NCBI GenBank assembly: GCA_012797845.1
Contig: JAAZOH010000038.1
Location: 11,919-75,918, forward strand
Length of the DNA: 64,000 nt
Origin: Candidatus Beckwithbacteria bacterium
Lineage (GTDB): Bacteria > Patescibacteriota > Microgenomatia > UBA1400 > UBA1449
Direction of reading: 5' to 3'
Part shown: piece by piece, positions 50,394 to 60,907 of the stretch
Numbering within the stretch: the stretch's first letter is position 1
Layout: every line of letters starts with the position of its first letter
Position numbers and translations under genes: made by a program
Notes under the pieces: generated by a model
What the model was told of the DNA's origin: nothing
Databases searched by the model: none
Seen by the model: the letters and a program-made list of their open reading frames with translations, nothing else

Positions 50394-50472
50394 AAACTCA
50401 TTTTAGCATTGCTTTTTTAGTTTGTATTTTCTCAACAAATATTCAACAAAAACTCATACTATTCTTTGGTAT

Positions 50473-51312
50473 ATGAAAAAAATAACCTTGTTAGTCTTCG
50501 CTATTATATTTTTAGTTTTACCTACAAGTGCCTATGCCCAGTGGGATGATTGTATGAAAGGTTTAGAAAATGATCCCTATCCCGGTAGTTGTGGCCGTTA
50601 CATTGACACTGACGGTGATGGAATTTGCGATCATAGTCAACCAGCTCCTGAAGATAGAGAAACTACTATTAGTACTAGTAGTACAAGCGAAACCACAAAT
50701 GCTGTGAGTGGAGTTGACCCCATGGAGTTAATTACTGGTGAGGATTTAAAATACAAAACTGTGGCTGAAGTTGCCCAGCTTTATCAGCTTAATCTTGATG
50801 AATTCATCAACGCTTTAAAAGAAAAAACTGGCATCAAGGCTATTTCGGCAAACACCAGCTTCATCTATTTGCATGACAACTATGGTCTTTCGCCTAATAC
50901 AGTCAAAACTATTGCAACAGCTTTGTGGGAGCAAAACCAAGGAAACGCTCAAGCCTTGTCTCAGGTTCAGACCACAACTACTCAACAGCAAACTAAAAAT
51001 AATTACTATTTTTTGCTCCTTAGTTTGGGTTTAATAGGAAGCTATTTGGTTACTTTTGTACTCTCTAGATTAAACATTATTTCTACTATTAAACATCGCC
51101 AGATTTGGAATATCTTTTTAAGTGCCACTTTTTTGGCTACCGGACTTTTAGGAATTTTACTAGTGCTACGACTTTCATATGGATTAGTTATTCCCCTACC
51201 TTTCAATATGTTGTTCTGGCATGTAGAAACCGGGATTGCTTTTACTATGATTGCTCTGTTTCATGTGCTTTGGCACATTCCTTACTATAAGAGCATTTGG
51301 CCAAAAAAATAG
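50473..51312 (+). CDS. Protein with exported Cys-rich N-terminus and C-terminal DUF4405-like TM domain
   Basis: Signal peptide, DCMKG..DPYPGSCGRYIDTDGDGICDHS; WHVETG, FHVLWH; start at ATG 50473. Confidence 0.7.
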   Translation: MKKITLLVFAIIFLVLPTSAYAQWDDCMKGLENDPYPGSCGRYIDTDGDGICDHSQPAPEDRETTISTSSTSETTNAVSGVDPMELITGEDLKYKTVAEVAQLYQLNLDEFINALKEKTGIKAISANTSFIYLHDNYGLSPNTVKTIATALWEQNQGNAQALSQVQTTTTQQQTKNNYYFLLLSLGLIGSYLVTFVLSRLNIISTIKHRQIWNIFLSATFLATGLLGILLVLRLSYGLVIPLPFNMLFWHVETGIAFTMIALFHVLWHIPYYKSIWPKK

Positions 51313-51340
51313 AGATCAAAATATATTTGATCTCTATTTT
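51306..51340. terminator. Bidirectional intrinsic terminator
   Basis: AAAATAGAGATCAAA-ATATA-TTTGATCTCTATTTT, 15-bp perfect stem between convergent genes. Confidence 0.8.
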
Positions 51341-51359
51341 AAAATAATTGCCAATCTTT

Positions 51360-51626
51360 TTACTCTAAATCAGAAAAATCTTCATTCAGAATTTTAGTAT
51401 TATCCAATTCTTGTTCAATAGTTTTTAAAGAAGTATCATCTGAAATTGGTTCTTGCGTTGCTTCTGTCTTTTCAGTTTGATCTTCTGAGTTTTGGCTCAT
51501 TGATTGTTGAGTATTAGTATTTTGATTCTGGTTTTGACTACCCTGTTGTTTCATTGGTTGAGCAGTACAAGCAGTTAGAATTAGAGGGCTAATTATAAGA
51601 ATGAAAGATAAAAGAATTTTTTTCAT
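51360..51626 (-). CDS. Small lipoprotein-like protein
   Basis: LTAC lipobox-like, Q/N-rich low complexity. Confidence 0.75.
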   Translation of the reverse strand: MKKILLSFILIISPLILTACTAQPMKQQGSQNQNQNTNTQQSMSQNSEDQTEKTEATQEPISDDTSLKTIEQELDNTKILNEDFSDLE

Positions 51627-51638
51627 AAATTTATAGTG

Positions 51639-52235
51639 TTAATTAATAATACCGGCATCAATTTTAAGCTGAGCAATAGCTTCGTGAATAAGCTCTACAG
51701 TAGCTTTAAATTGTTCGCGAGTTTGTGTTGTTAATTCTCTGGCAGCACGAATTTGTTCATCCTGGCCTTCATTGCTAGTAATAGCGGCAAAGGCAGCCTG
51801 AGCTTCTTTGCTTGTAGCTGTTGCTTTATCTAGTTTGACCTGAGCTTCATCTAGTTTGGCCTGAGCTTCGGTCATATCTTTGCCGTTGTTGACTTCATTA
51901 GTAATTCTAGTTTGAATTTTGGCAATTAATTGACTTAGCCTAGTAATATAATTCTGAAATCGTTCCTGTAATTGTTCTCGATGTTTTTCAGCAATTTCTA
52001 TACGTTTTTGCTGGCGGTTTTGTTGTGACTCCTCTAATTTATTTTGGATACTTTCCCGATGTTCCTGAATTTGAGTTTGGACTTGCTCTTTTTTCTCTAA
52101 AAACTGCTCTTGCCGATCTCTAAGATTAGCGGCGGCCGTAGCTGTGCCTCTGTTAACTGGCCCCATAGCTAAAGCGGTTTGGGCCGATAAAACAATTAAA
52201 AAGACTAAATTAAAAAAGATTAAGATTTTTTTCAT
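51639..52235 (-). CDS. Secreted coiled-coil protein
   Basis: Signal peptide then Q/E/R/A-rich helices. Confidence 0.8.
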   Translation of the reverse strand: MKKILIFFNLVFLIVLSAQTALAMGPVNRGTATAAANLRDRQEQFLEKKEQVQTQIQEHRESIQNKLEESQQNRQQKRIEIAEKHREQLQERFQNYITRLSQLIAKIQTRITNEVNNGKDMTEAQAKLDEAQVKLDKATATSKEAQAAFAAITSNEGQDEQIRAARELTTQTREQFKATVELIHEAIAQLKIDAGIIN

Positions 52236-52350
52236 ATAAAATACGCTACTAAGTCACTCTTAGTAGTTTAGATTTGCAATAATTCTAACTAAATCTATTA
52301 TTATTGTTTTGGGGCAGATATGCAAGTCTGGCCTAGTGTTACAATAAAGT

Positions 52351-54225
52351 ATGGGTCAATCAAGAACAATAAAAACCAGTTTTTTGACTAAACTGCTAAG
52401 TAAAAAACCTTCTTCATTTGTTGTGATGGGAATATTTGTCGTCTTAACAATTGCATTATATGCTGTTTCTTTATCTCATGAATTTGTTTTAGATAGTATC
52501 CAACACATTGTTAACAATGTGTTTGTTCGAGACCTGAACCAGACTATTCAAAAATATGGTTTTAAAAATCCAAGATTTTTGGGATATCTAAGTTTTGCGC
52601 TTAATTATGAATTGGTTAAGCTTGATCCTTTTTTCTTTCAACTAACCAATATCTTGATTCATATTGCTAATGCCTTTTTAGTTTGGAAATTAGGCAGCGC
52701 TTTTCTTTCTTTACCATTGTTTGAAAAAACCAAATTCAAACAAGATAAAAACTGGTTGGCTTTATTACTGGCTTTACTTTTTTTGCTTCATCCTTTGCAA
52801 ACTCAGGCAGTCAATTACATTATTCAGCGTTTTGTTTTACTAGTAACGTTTTTTTATTTGCTGACCTTCTATTTATTTACTCTCAGTTTTTTAGCTAAAG
52901 ATAAAGCTATAAGAAATAGATTGCTTATAGCTACTGCCCTATCCATAATGATGGCATTTTTTTCCAAAGAAACTGCCTATACATTACCTCTTATGTTAGG
53001 AATTTATTATCTATTTTTTATTGTTTTCGATCTTGATTTTAGAAAGCTAATAAAATATGTCCCAATAGTAGGTGTTGTTTTGGGTGTTATGTGGCTTTTG
53101 TTTGATAAAGCCTATGATATAGCTACTGTATTTAAACCTCAATTATCTCCGGCTACCGGAGTTTGGTTGAACAGTTCCACCTACCTATTTACTCAATTTC
53201 GGGTTTTAGTCAAATACATACAACTGTTAATTTTGCCTTATTCGCAAAATTTTGATTACTACTTTCCACCCTCTCAAAGCCTTTTTGAACCATTAGTTTT
53301 ACTTAGTTTAATAGTTTTACTGCTTATAATCAGCCTTGCCTACTTTTTATATAAGCAAAATCGATTACTCACATTTGGTATTGCCTGGTTTTTTATAAGC
53401 TTGCTAGTAACTTCATCAATTATTCCAATTAGTGATGTAATTGTTGAACATCGTTTATATCTGACGATGTTTGGTTTTGCCTTAACTTTGGTTTTTTCCG
53501 TCTATGCTCTAGTTAGAGAAAATATGGAAAAAACAATGATAATTTTTGTCCCAATCTTGCTGCTTTATAGTGGTTTAACGTTACATCGTAACTATATCTG
53601 GCGCAGTGATATTAGCTTATGGCAAGATGTTATCAAAAAAGCTCCGCAAAACTTACGAGCCTACAACAGTTTGGCTACCAGTCTGATCGAAGACGGCAAA
53701 CTAAATGAAGCCAAATCATACCTGGAAGATATTATTACTCGTAATCCTAAATATGTTTATGGCTATAACAATCTTGGGACTATTGCGGAGAAACAAAGCA
53801 AACTTGATGAAGCACTTATGTATTACCAGAAAACTTTAGCTATTGATTCGGATAATGCTATGGCATTACACAATATTGGATCTATCTATTTCAAACAAGG
53901 CAATAGTACAGAAGCTGCTAAATATTTGGACAAAGCTGAGCAATTTATTGGAAACAATAAGGCTAATGCTAACGTTTATGTCAATATTGGAGTAGCTAAA
54001 TTTAATGAAGGCAATTATGAAGCTGCATATCAAAGTTTTAAAACTGCTTTGGAATTAGAACCAGAAAATACCAAAGCTTTAAATAATATGGGCATAGTCT
54101 ATGCTCAGAAAGGTGATTTGAACACAGCTATTGCCTATTTTGAAAAAGTTTTAAAACTGGATCCCAAAAACCGCGATGCTCAAAATAATTTACAACGAGC
54201 ACTTAAACTAAAAGAAGGAAACTAA
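52351..54225 (+). CDS. TMTC-like membrane glycosyltransferase with TPR repeats
   Basis: EFVLD, LLHPLQTQAVNYIIQR, SKE, EHRLYL, RNYIW, multiple TPRs. Confidence 0.88.
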   Translation: MGQSRTIKTSFLTKLLSKKPSSFVVMGIFVVLTIALYAVSLSHEFVLDSIQHIVNNVFVRDLNQTIQKYGFKNPRFLGYLSFALNYELVKLDPFFFQLTNILIHIANAFLVWKLGSAFLSLPLFEKTKFKQDKNWLALLLALLFLLHPLQTQAVNYIIQRFVLLVTFFYLLTFYLFTLSFLAKDKAIRNRLLIATALSIMMAFFSKETAYTLPLMLGIYYLFFIVFDLDFRKLIKYVPIVGVVLGVMWLLFDKAYDIATVFKPQLSPATGVWLNSSTYLFTQFRVLVKYIQLLILPYSQNFDYYFPPSQSLFEPLVLLSLIVLLLIISLAYFLYKQNRLLTFGIAWFFISLLVTSSIIPISDVIVEHRLYLTMFGFALTLVFSVYALVRENMEKTMIIFVPILLLYSGLTLHRNYIWRSDISLWQDVIKKAPQNLRAYNSLATSLIEDGKLNEAKSYLEDIITRNPKYVYGYNNLGTIAEKQSKLDEALMYYQKTLAIDSDNAMALHNIGSIYFKQGNSTEAAKYLDKAEQFIGNNKANANVYVNIGVAKFNEGNYEAAYQSFKTALELEPENTKALNNMGIVYAQKGDLNTAIAYFEKVLKLDPKNRDAQNNLQRALKLKEGN

Positions 54226-54677
54226 TGATATTTTGGCAAAGTATTTTTATCATAGCTTACAGCTTATTTGCCCTATCTGGTTTTTGCCTAGGGCTTAGGC
54301 AAAGCAGCAAAAAACACAATGCGTTTGGTAATCATCCAATTTTTAATTTGATTGGCGCTTTTGTTTGGGGTGATTGCGTAGTTTTTGGCTTATTTTGGTT
54401 TTTAGTGGGGATTGTGGTTTTACTCTTGCAAAATTGGTGGCTATTTTGGTTGGCTCAATCGGCTTTTTGGTTTGTTCGGAGTTTTGGAGAAACGATATAT
54501 TGGCTAAATCAGCAATACTCCCAGCGGATGCGTAATCCACCTCAAAAATTTTGGCTATTTAAAATTTTTAAAAATGAATCAGTTTGGTTTATCAATCAAA
54601 TTGCTTGGCAATGTTTGGCAGTTGTTAGTTTGATTTTGACGATTTATTTTACGAATTTGTGGTTGCAAAGCTTATGA
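54225..54677 (+). CDS. Hypothetical membrane protein
   Basis: Trp-rich TM protein, GAFVWGD, RSFGETIYW. Confidence 0.75.
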   Translation: MIFWQSIFIIAYSLFALSGFCLGLRQSSKKHNAFGNHPIFNLIGAFVWGDCVVFGLFWFLVGIVVLLLQNWWLFWLAQSAFWFVRSFGETIYWLNQQYSQRMRNPPQKFWLFKIFKNESVWFINQIAWQCLAVVSLILTIYFTNLWLQSL

Positions 54678-55384
54678 ATACATATCACCAAGAATTATTA
54701 TTAGAAATAAAACAAGAGGCTAAACAAAACCCAGTTTCTTCTAAGCACACAAATAGTTATTCAGGAACAAAAAACTATAGTTACCCCCTATCGAATCAGC
54801 AAAGACGAAATATTGTTAAACGATTTATAAAAAAACATAGCAATATAAGTGTTGAAACAATGATTGAACTACTTAATTCGTTATATGAAAGTAAGTCATA
54901 TGATGAAAAAACTATGGCAGGAATGATTCTTGATACCGTGAAGCATTTGAAATCTCAAATCAAACCTGAATATTTAGATGTATGGCTTAATAATTTAGAA
55001 GGTTGGTCTGAAGTGGATTCATTGTGTCAATCTAAATTTGGTGCAGAAGACTTTTTGACTTATTGGATTGACTGGCAAAAACTGATTAAAAATTTAGCTA
55101 AAAATAATAATATTAATAAACAAAGAGCGTCTTTGGTCTTACTAACTAAGCCAGTTAGAGATTTAAAAAACGAGCAATTCAAATATTTGGCTTTAGAAGT
55201 TGTCAAAAAATTAAAAGATAGACGTGAAATTTTAATTACCAAAGCTATTTCTTGGTTACTTAGGGATATGATTAAAAACTATCGTCAAGAAGTTAAAAAC
55301 TTTTTAATTTTATATAAAGATAGTTTGCCAAAAATTGCAATTAGAGAAACCAATACAAAATTAGCAACTGGGAAGAAAACTTAA
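54674..55384 (+). CDS. DNA alkylation repair protein (AlkD-like)
   Basis: WSEVDSLC, RASLV, KAISWLLR, AIRE; start ATG 54674. Confidence 0.85.
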   Translation: MNTYHQELLLEIKQEAKQNPVSSKHTNSYSGTKNYSYPLSNQQRRNIVKRFIKKHSNISVETMIELLNSLYESKSYDEKTMAGMILDTVKHLKSQIKPEYLDVWLNNLEGWSEVDSLCQSKFGAEDFLTYWIDWQKLIKNLAKNNNINKQRASLVLLTKPVRDLKNEQFKYLALEVVKKLKDRREILITKAISWLLRDMIKNYRQEVKNFLILYKDSLPKIAIRETNTKLATGKKT

Positions 55385-55857
55385 TACTTTTTTATAACTT
55401 CTTCAGTATCACTTATATTGATAATCAAATTATTTTTATCTTGCAGAAATATTTCCAAATCATTAAGCAGGCCTTTGATTTTGATATAATTTTTAGCTTC
55501 CACAGGAGTGACCCATTTATAATCAGAATGTTCAGGTGAAAGTTTAATTTTACTAGTTTTAGTAGTAGCCCAAAAGGTAATGCCAAAAATTTCTCTGTGA
55601 GCAGTTTTTTCGCCCCTATAAAAATGCCAGATTCGTAAAACTTTTTTAAGCTCCAAATCAGTCATACCAGTTTCTTCCAATACCTCTCTTTTTAATGCTT
55701 GTTCAAAACCTTCAAAATGATCAAGACGACCATAACCAAATTCCCACTCATCATTATTGAAATCATGAATTCGTCTAAGGATTAGAATTTTACCAGTTGT
55801 TTTGTGCTCGATAATAGCACCAACTCCGATCATAAAATGTCCGATCTTGTTGATCAT
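55381..55857 (-). CDS. Nudix hydrolase
   Basis: WEFGYGRLD..E....ALKREVLEETG, EHSDYKW. Confidence 0.92.
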   Translation of the reverse strand: MINKIGHFMIGVGAIIEHKTTGKILILRRIHDFNNDEWEFGYGRLDHFEGFEQALKREVLEETGMTDLELKKVLRIWHFYRGEKTAHREIFGITFWATTKTSKIKLSPEHSDYKWVTPVEAKNYIKIKGLLNDLEIFLQDKNNLIINISDTEEVIKKY

Positions 55858-55866
55858 AGTTTTATA

Positions 55867-57363
55867 TTATAGTTGATAAACTAGAAAGTACTGATTTGGA
55901 TCACCTCTTGGAATCCTCTTAACTTCTGCGACATTCCAAGTTTTGGGGATTTCCTGATTATGGTGGAGTAAAATTAAGGCTTTATTTGTTGATTGAGTTA
56001 TAGATATTGGTAGTTGCTGTGGTAAATCCTTACCAAGTTCAAAAGCTGGTTCAATTTGATAAAGATTAGCTTTGTTTAAATAAAGTGGCAAACCGGAAGA
56101 AAGTAGGGTTTCATTTTCAGTGAAAATTTTGATAGGAATATTTTTATCTAAATAGTTAGTATTGATAAATGTTACTAGCTCATCAAAACCATAACCTGAT
56201 GGCCAGCCTTCCAAATATTGCCAAGCTTCAATTTGAGGCAGATTGGCATGTCTAACATCAAAGAGCAGTTGATAATCTAGGCTTAAATTAGGAATTAAAA
56301 CTAATATTAGTAGGCTAATTTGAAAAAACTTGTTTTTGACATAGTTCAAAAGATGATCAATCCCAATAGCTATTAAGATTGCAAAAGCTACAAAAGTAAA
56401 TAGAAAGTAACGGGGAAAATACATTTTGGCAGTAATGATTTCAAAACTAATTGGCAGTAAAATCCAAGCAAGTAAAATGATTGCAGAAGTGGTTTGCTTT
56501 TTGGCATATAGATAAAAACCAAACAAAAACAAAATAAGCAATGGAACTTGATAATAAGTCAAAAGCCAAAGTAGCGTTGAATACACATTGTTACGCCATA
56601 AGCTTAAAGGCAGTTTGCTAAGTTCTGCAAAAGAAAGTAGGAAGATGCTGTTTTTAGGGCCAATGTTCCAAGTTAATGATGATATATATTGTAAGGCTTG
56701 GATAAAAAAAGCTACAACCAAAACCGTGCTGCTTTGTAAAATCAGCGTTTTTAATTGCGATTTTTTCAACTTTTTGCGATTAGAAATAAATAGTATTACT
56801 ACTGAAAGAAGATAAAGAATGACAAAAAAATAGGCAATTGATTTGGTTAGTAAAGCTATTCCAAGTATGACTCCATTTAGTAAAGCAAATTGCCACTTTT
56901 GAGTTTTAAATTGCTTAAAAGTCCAAAGCAAAATTAAACTGGCCAGAAACATCAAAAAACTATCTCGCATCAGAATCCGGTCATAAAAAAGCGTAAAGGG
57001 GCTGATTAGATATAATAGTGCTGCAAGTAAGCCAATTTTATGATTGCCCAATTCTTTACCTAAAAAATATAAAGTGATCAAGGCTCCTAGACCTGAAAAA
57101 ACAGAAATTAATCTGCCAGCTAGTAAAAAATACTTACTTCCCAACAGCCAACTTATGCTGGTTAGTAAAAAGAAAAACAGTTGTTGGCCATCAGTCAAAG
57201 AAATATCCCAGTACTTAGCTGGATTAGAGATAATTAATCTGGTCCAATTGAGATACAAAGCTTCGTCGTTGAAGATAGGTAAAACTTGGATATTAATAAG
57301 TCGAACTAGAACATACACAAAGCCTAAGGCAATCAAAATCAAACTTTTTTTGTTGATAGTCAT
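55867..57363 (-). CDS. GT39/ArnT-like membrane glycosyltransferase
   Basis: PIFNDEALY, GRLISV, SPF..YDR, LLTK, PRY. Confidence 0.88.
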   Translation of the reverse strand: MTINKKSLILIALGFVYVLVRLINIQVLPIFNDEALYLNWTRLIISNPAKYWDISLTDGQQLFFFLLTSISWLLGSKYFLLAGRLISVFSGLGALITLYFLGKELGNHKIGLLAALLYLISPFTLFYDRILMRDSFLMFLASLILLWTFKQFKTQKWQFALLNGVILGIALLTKSIAYFFVILYLLSVVILFISNRKKLKKSQLKTLILQSSTVLVVAFFIQALQYISSLTWNIGPKNSIFLLSFAELSKLPLSLWRNNVYSTLLWLLTYYQVPLLILFLFGFYLYAKKQTTSAIILLAWILLPISFEIITAKMYFPRYFLFTFVAFAILIAIGIDHLLNYVKNKFFQISLLILVLIPNLSLDYQLLFDVRHANLPQIEAWQYLEGWPSGYGFDELVTFINTNYLDKNIPIKIFTENETLLSSGLPLYLNKANLYQIEPAFELGKDLPQQLPISITQSTNKALILLHHNQEIPKTWNVAEVKRIPRGDPNQYFLVYQL

Positions 57364-57390
57364 AGGAAAAGTATAACAGAAGAATCAAAG

Positions 57391-58164
57391 TTATAGTTGA
57401 ATTTCTATCCCGATTGGGCAATGGTCTGAACCCATGACTTCAGGCATAATAAAGGCATTGGTAACTTTGGGAGCAAAAACACTATTTACAAAAAAATAAT
57501 CAATCCGCCAGCCGACATTCCGCTGCCTAGCTCTAGTTCTTTGGCTCCACCAAGAATACTGATCAGGTTTTTGGTTGAATACTCTAAATGTATCAATAAA
57601 GCCACTGGCTATGACTTTATCTAGCCAGGCTCTCTCCTCTGGCAAAAAGCCAGAAATAGTTTCATTTTCTTTGGGTCTGGCTAGGTCAATAGGTTTGTGA
57701 GCTGTGTTAACATCTCCACAGAAAATCACATTCTTTCCTTGCTTAGTCAGCTTGCTGACTGTTTCTAAAAACTCATCATAAAATTTCATTTTATAAGCAA
57801 GCCGTTCTTTCGAGGCTTTGCCATTAGGAAAATAGACGTTAAACAGCAAAAAATCATCGTATTCAGTCAGGGCTACCCGACCTTCCTCGTCTATGCCATC
57901 ATACTTTAGGCCAAAACTAGCTTGTTTGGGTTTTATCTTGGTATATGTAGCCACTCCGCTATAACCAGCTTTAGCAGCTGAACTAAAATAACTATGGTAA
58001 TTAGGAATATTTTTTAAACTTTTATCAAGCTGGTTAGGATTAGCTTTGGTTTCCTGTAAACATAAAATATCTGGCTGAACTTTTTCGAGCCAAGGGGCAA
58101 AGCCTTTTCTAGCAATAGCTCTAATACCATTAACATTCCAGGAAATAAGAGTCAATTTTGACAT
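57391..58164 (-). CDS. xth: Exodeoxyribonuclease III
   Basis: SWNVNGIRA, LQETK, YFPNG, GDVN, GWRIDY, GSDHCP. Confidence 0.97.
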   Translation of the reverse strand: MSKLTLISWNVNGIRAIARKGFAPWLEKVQPDILCLQETKANPNQLDKSLKNIPNYHSYFSSAAKAGYSGVATYTKIKPKQASFGLKYDGIDEEGRVALTEYDDFLLFNVYFPNGKASKERLAYKMKFYDEFLETVSKLTKQGKNVIFCGDVNTAHKPIDLARPKENETISGFLPEERAWLDKVIASGFIDTFRVFNQKPDQYSWWSQRTRARQRNVGWRIDYFFVNSVFAPKVTNAFIMPEVMGSDHCPIGIEIQL

Positions 58165-58166
58165 AA

Positions 58167-58772
58167 TTAAAACAAACCGATTTGTTTACTATCATTATTT
58201 TCTTTTAAAGAAAAATCCAAAACCACTTTTTGGACTTGGTTCCATTTGTTTCTGAACTGAATTTCTCCATGTCGCACAATATAATCATACACATCTCGAG
58301 TTATGGCTACATCAGCTTCGCAGTAACTTTGCAGTTTTTGCAAGCTTTGAGGATCGCCTTTAGCCCAGTATAACACAGCGTTTAAGCCCTGATCAGTTTT
58401 AGTGTGTCCCAGGCTGTCTCGAGCTAAGGTGCTCAGCCCTACTCTTTTACCAAAATTTTTGTAAATCTGTTCTAAAATGTCAAAATGAGCTAAGCTTTTG
58501 AGATCAATAGAAGTGTATGGTTGGAGAGCTGGGACATCAAAATGAAGAGAGTTAAAACCAATAACCCGGTCAGCTTCTTTGAAATATTGCCACAACTTGT
58601 CAAAATCTTTTTCCCAAAAGCTTTGCATTTGCCCGCTAAGCTCTTGTTGATCTTGATCAACTTCGCGAATATAGGCTGAAACTACGGAAACACCTAGTTT
58701 TCCAGGGTCCTTGCTGCCCACATCGCTGAAAATCTGTTTGGTTTCGACGTCAAAGATGACTTGCTTTGGCAT
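58167..58772 (-). CDS. RNase H-like (YprB/DEDD) domain protein
   Basis: FDVET, IGFNS..FD, YCEADV..T. Confidence 0.85.
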   Translation of the reverse strand: MPKQVIFDVETKQIFSDVGSKDPGKLGVSVVSAYIREVDQDQQELSGQMQSFWEKDFDKLWQYFKEADRVIGFNSLHFDVPALQPYTSIDLKSLAHFDILEQIYKNFGKRVGLSTLARDSLGHTKTDQGLNAVLYWAKGDPQSLQKLQSYCEADVAITRDVYDYIVRHGEIQFRNKWNQVQKVVLDFSLKENNDSKQIGLF

Positions 58773-58854
58773 AAGGTATAAATTAGACTTGTTACAAAAT
58801 TAACAACAAGCCTATTATTATAAATAGCTCAAGTTCTAAATTACAAATGCAAAT

Positions 58855-59376
58855 ATGAGTGATCAAGAGACAATTTTAATTGTTAATGAAAATGATGAAG
58901 TTGTGGGTTCAGCTCCGCGCAAGCAAGCTCAGCAACAAGGATTGTGGCATCGGATTGTTTGTGTTTATATTGTTAATTCTAAGGGAGAAATTTACATTCA
59001 AAAACGTGGTTCACAAGTTGATCTTTATCCCAATGTGTGGGATCATTCCTCGGCTGGTCATGTTGATAGCGGTGAAGACGTGGTTATAGCAGCTAAAAGA
59101 GAGCTTTTTGAAGAATTAGGAATTAAGGCTAAAAAACTAACTCAAATTGCCTACTATAAACGGCAAAGTCAGTATAAAGATCGAGTCTTAAATCGATACT
59201 GGTATTTATATGAATACCGATATGACGGGCCAATTAAGCTACAAAAATCAGAAATTAGCGAAGGTAAATTTGTGTCTCCAACTTGGCTTAAAAAAGATAT
59301 AAAAGATTATCCAGACAAGTATACTGGTGGATGTAAGGAAACATTTAGGAACTATCTTATCTATCATAATTTATGA
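58855..59376 (+). CDS. Nudix hydrolase (IDI-like subgroup)
   Basis: VNENDE, WHR, IQKR, AGHVDSGE....AAKRELFEELG. Confidence 0.92.
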   Translation: MSDQETILIVNENDEVVGSAPRKQAQQQGLWHRIVCVYIVNSKGEIYIQKRGSQVDLYPNVWDHSSAGHVDSGEDVVIAAKRELFEELGIKAKKLTQIAYYKRQSQYKDRVLNRYWYLYEYRYDGPIKLQKSEISEGKFVSPTWLKKDIKDYPDKYTGGCKETFRNYLIYHNL

Positions 59377-60026
59377 ATCAAAAGATAATTAGTAAAACCA
59401 AAGCTTTTGTTAAAAACTATTTTGCTAAAGATACCACTGGTCATGATTATGCTCATACCTATCGAGTTTGGCAGATGGCTAGAAAGATTTATCAAAAAGA
59501 AAAGCAAGGCGATTTGAGAATTATCGAACTAGCAGCTCTACTCCATGATGTGGGTGACTGGAAAAAAAGCCAACAACTAGAATATGAAGGGGCCAGCCAA
59601 GTTAAAAAATGGCTAGAAAAACTAGCTGTAAAACAAGATGCAATTGATCATATTATTTTCATTTGCCAACACATTTCTTTCAAAGGCGCAGAGGTCGAAA
59701 ATAAAATTACCAGTATTGAAGGCAAGATTGTCCAAGATGCTGACCGGCTCGAGGCTATGGGTGCTATTGGGATTGCTAGGACTTTTATATATGGCGGAGC
59801 AGTAGGGAGAAGTATGCATGATCCGACTAAAAAACCCGTTTTAGCTAGTAAATATATAATCCAATCCAAAGAACAAAGTACTACTATTAACCATTTTTAC
59901 GAGAAACTGCTTCTACTTAAAAACAGGATGCATACCAAAACAGCTAAAAAACTAGCGCAAGGACGGCATGAATTTATGCAAGCATATTTAAAGCAGTTTT
60001 ATAAAGAGTGGGAAGGTAAAGCATAG
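59373..60026 (+). CDS. HD domain phosphohydrolase (YedJ-like)
   Basis: GHD..H..RV, LLHDV, VQDADRLEAMGAIGIAR, HFYEKLL. Confidence 0.92.
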   Translation: MNQKIISKTKAFVKNYFAKDTTGHDYAHTYRVWQMARKIYQKEKQGDLRIIELAALLHDVGDWKKSQQLEYEGASQVKKWLEKLAVKQDAIDHIIFICQHISFKGAEVENKITSIEGKIVQDADRLEAMGAIGIARTFIYGGAVGRSMHDPTKKPVLASKYIIQSKEQSTTINHFYEKLLLLKNRMHTKTAKKLAQGRHEFMQAYLKQFYKEWEGKA

Positions 60027-60089
60027 CTGTTTACAAGTTTTATAAATCCGCTTCTTAATTTATCTTTCAAAATCCCTTATTCTATTAGT

Positions 60090-60866
60090 ATGACCAAAGT
60101 TAAGATTCCGCCAGTTCATCTTTTTTTTGTTCGCATATTTTTTAAAGTTATTAACTTTAATATCAAAAAAATTGGCTTACAGGGAACGTTTCAGAAGCTG
60201 GCTATTATTTCTTGTTCTAAATTTGACGTTATTTTTGAATCGCCTGAAGTAAAAAAAATTTTGATTGAAAAACCGGTAATACTTGTTTCCAATCATCCCC
60301 ACGAATTTGACCCCTTTGTGCTCTTGGCTGGATTGCCAAAACGAAAAAAGCTATTTATGATTGCTGGATCTGACTTTATGGCTATTAATGTCTATTTGAA
60401 TAAATATTTGATACCAGTATATGTGTATCATCATACAGATTTGAGAATTAAACAAAAGAGGCGCATAAGATATATGCGAAAATATCTTATTCCAAACAAA
60501 TTTACGATTGAAGAAGCACATAAAAGAAATATCAAAAGTATTACACTTGCAAGTACAAAAATTAGACAAGGGGCTTTGGTAGCTATTTTCCCTGCAGGAC
60601 CTCTTAATAAAAGTTGGTATAGTGGAGTTGGTTACCTTATCAAGCAAGCTAAAAACAAAGATCTTCAAGTTGTTCAAGCCTATATTAATGGAACTTCTGA
60701 CTTGGACTATTTGCGATTTTTACCTCTAGTCGGTTTAATTTTGCCAAAGGTAAAACTGCATTTTAGCCTTTATAGGAAGTCTCAAAGTTTAATAAAGAAA
60801 GAACCTAAACAAATCGCTAAAACTTTGGAAGCAGATTATAATAAATGGATTAAAACACTTCATTGA
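60090..60866 (+). CDS. PlsC-like acyltransferase
   Basis: SNHPHEFD (HxxxxD), IFPAG. Confidence 0.82.
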   Translation: MTKVKIPPVHLFFVRIFFKVINFNIKKIGLQGTFQKLAIISCSKFDVIFESPEVKKILIEKPVILVSNHPHEFDPFVLLAGLPKRKKLFMIAGSDFMAINVYLNKYLIPVYVYHHTDLRIKQKRRIRYMRKYLIPNKFTIEEAHKRNIKSITLASTKIRQGALVAIFPAGPLNKSWYSGVGYLIKQAKNKDLQVVQAYINGTSDLDYLRFLPLVGLILPKVKLHFSLYRKSQSLIKKEPKQIAKTLEADYNKWIKTLH

Positions 60867-60870
60867 AAAA

Positions 60871-60896
60871 GTCTCTCGACGAGTTCGAGATGACAA
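60871..60896. repeat. Half copy of the REP-like element
   Basis: TCTCGACGAGTTCGAGATGACAA vs TCTCGACAAGCTCAAAATGACAA at about 47292. Confidence 0.5.
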
Positions 60897-60907
60897 ATTA
60901 AAAATGT

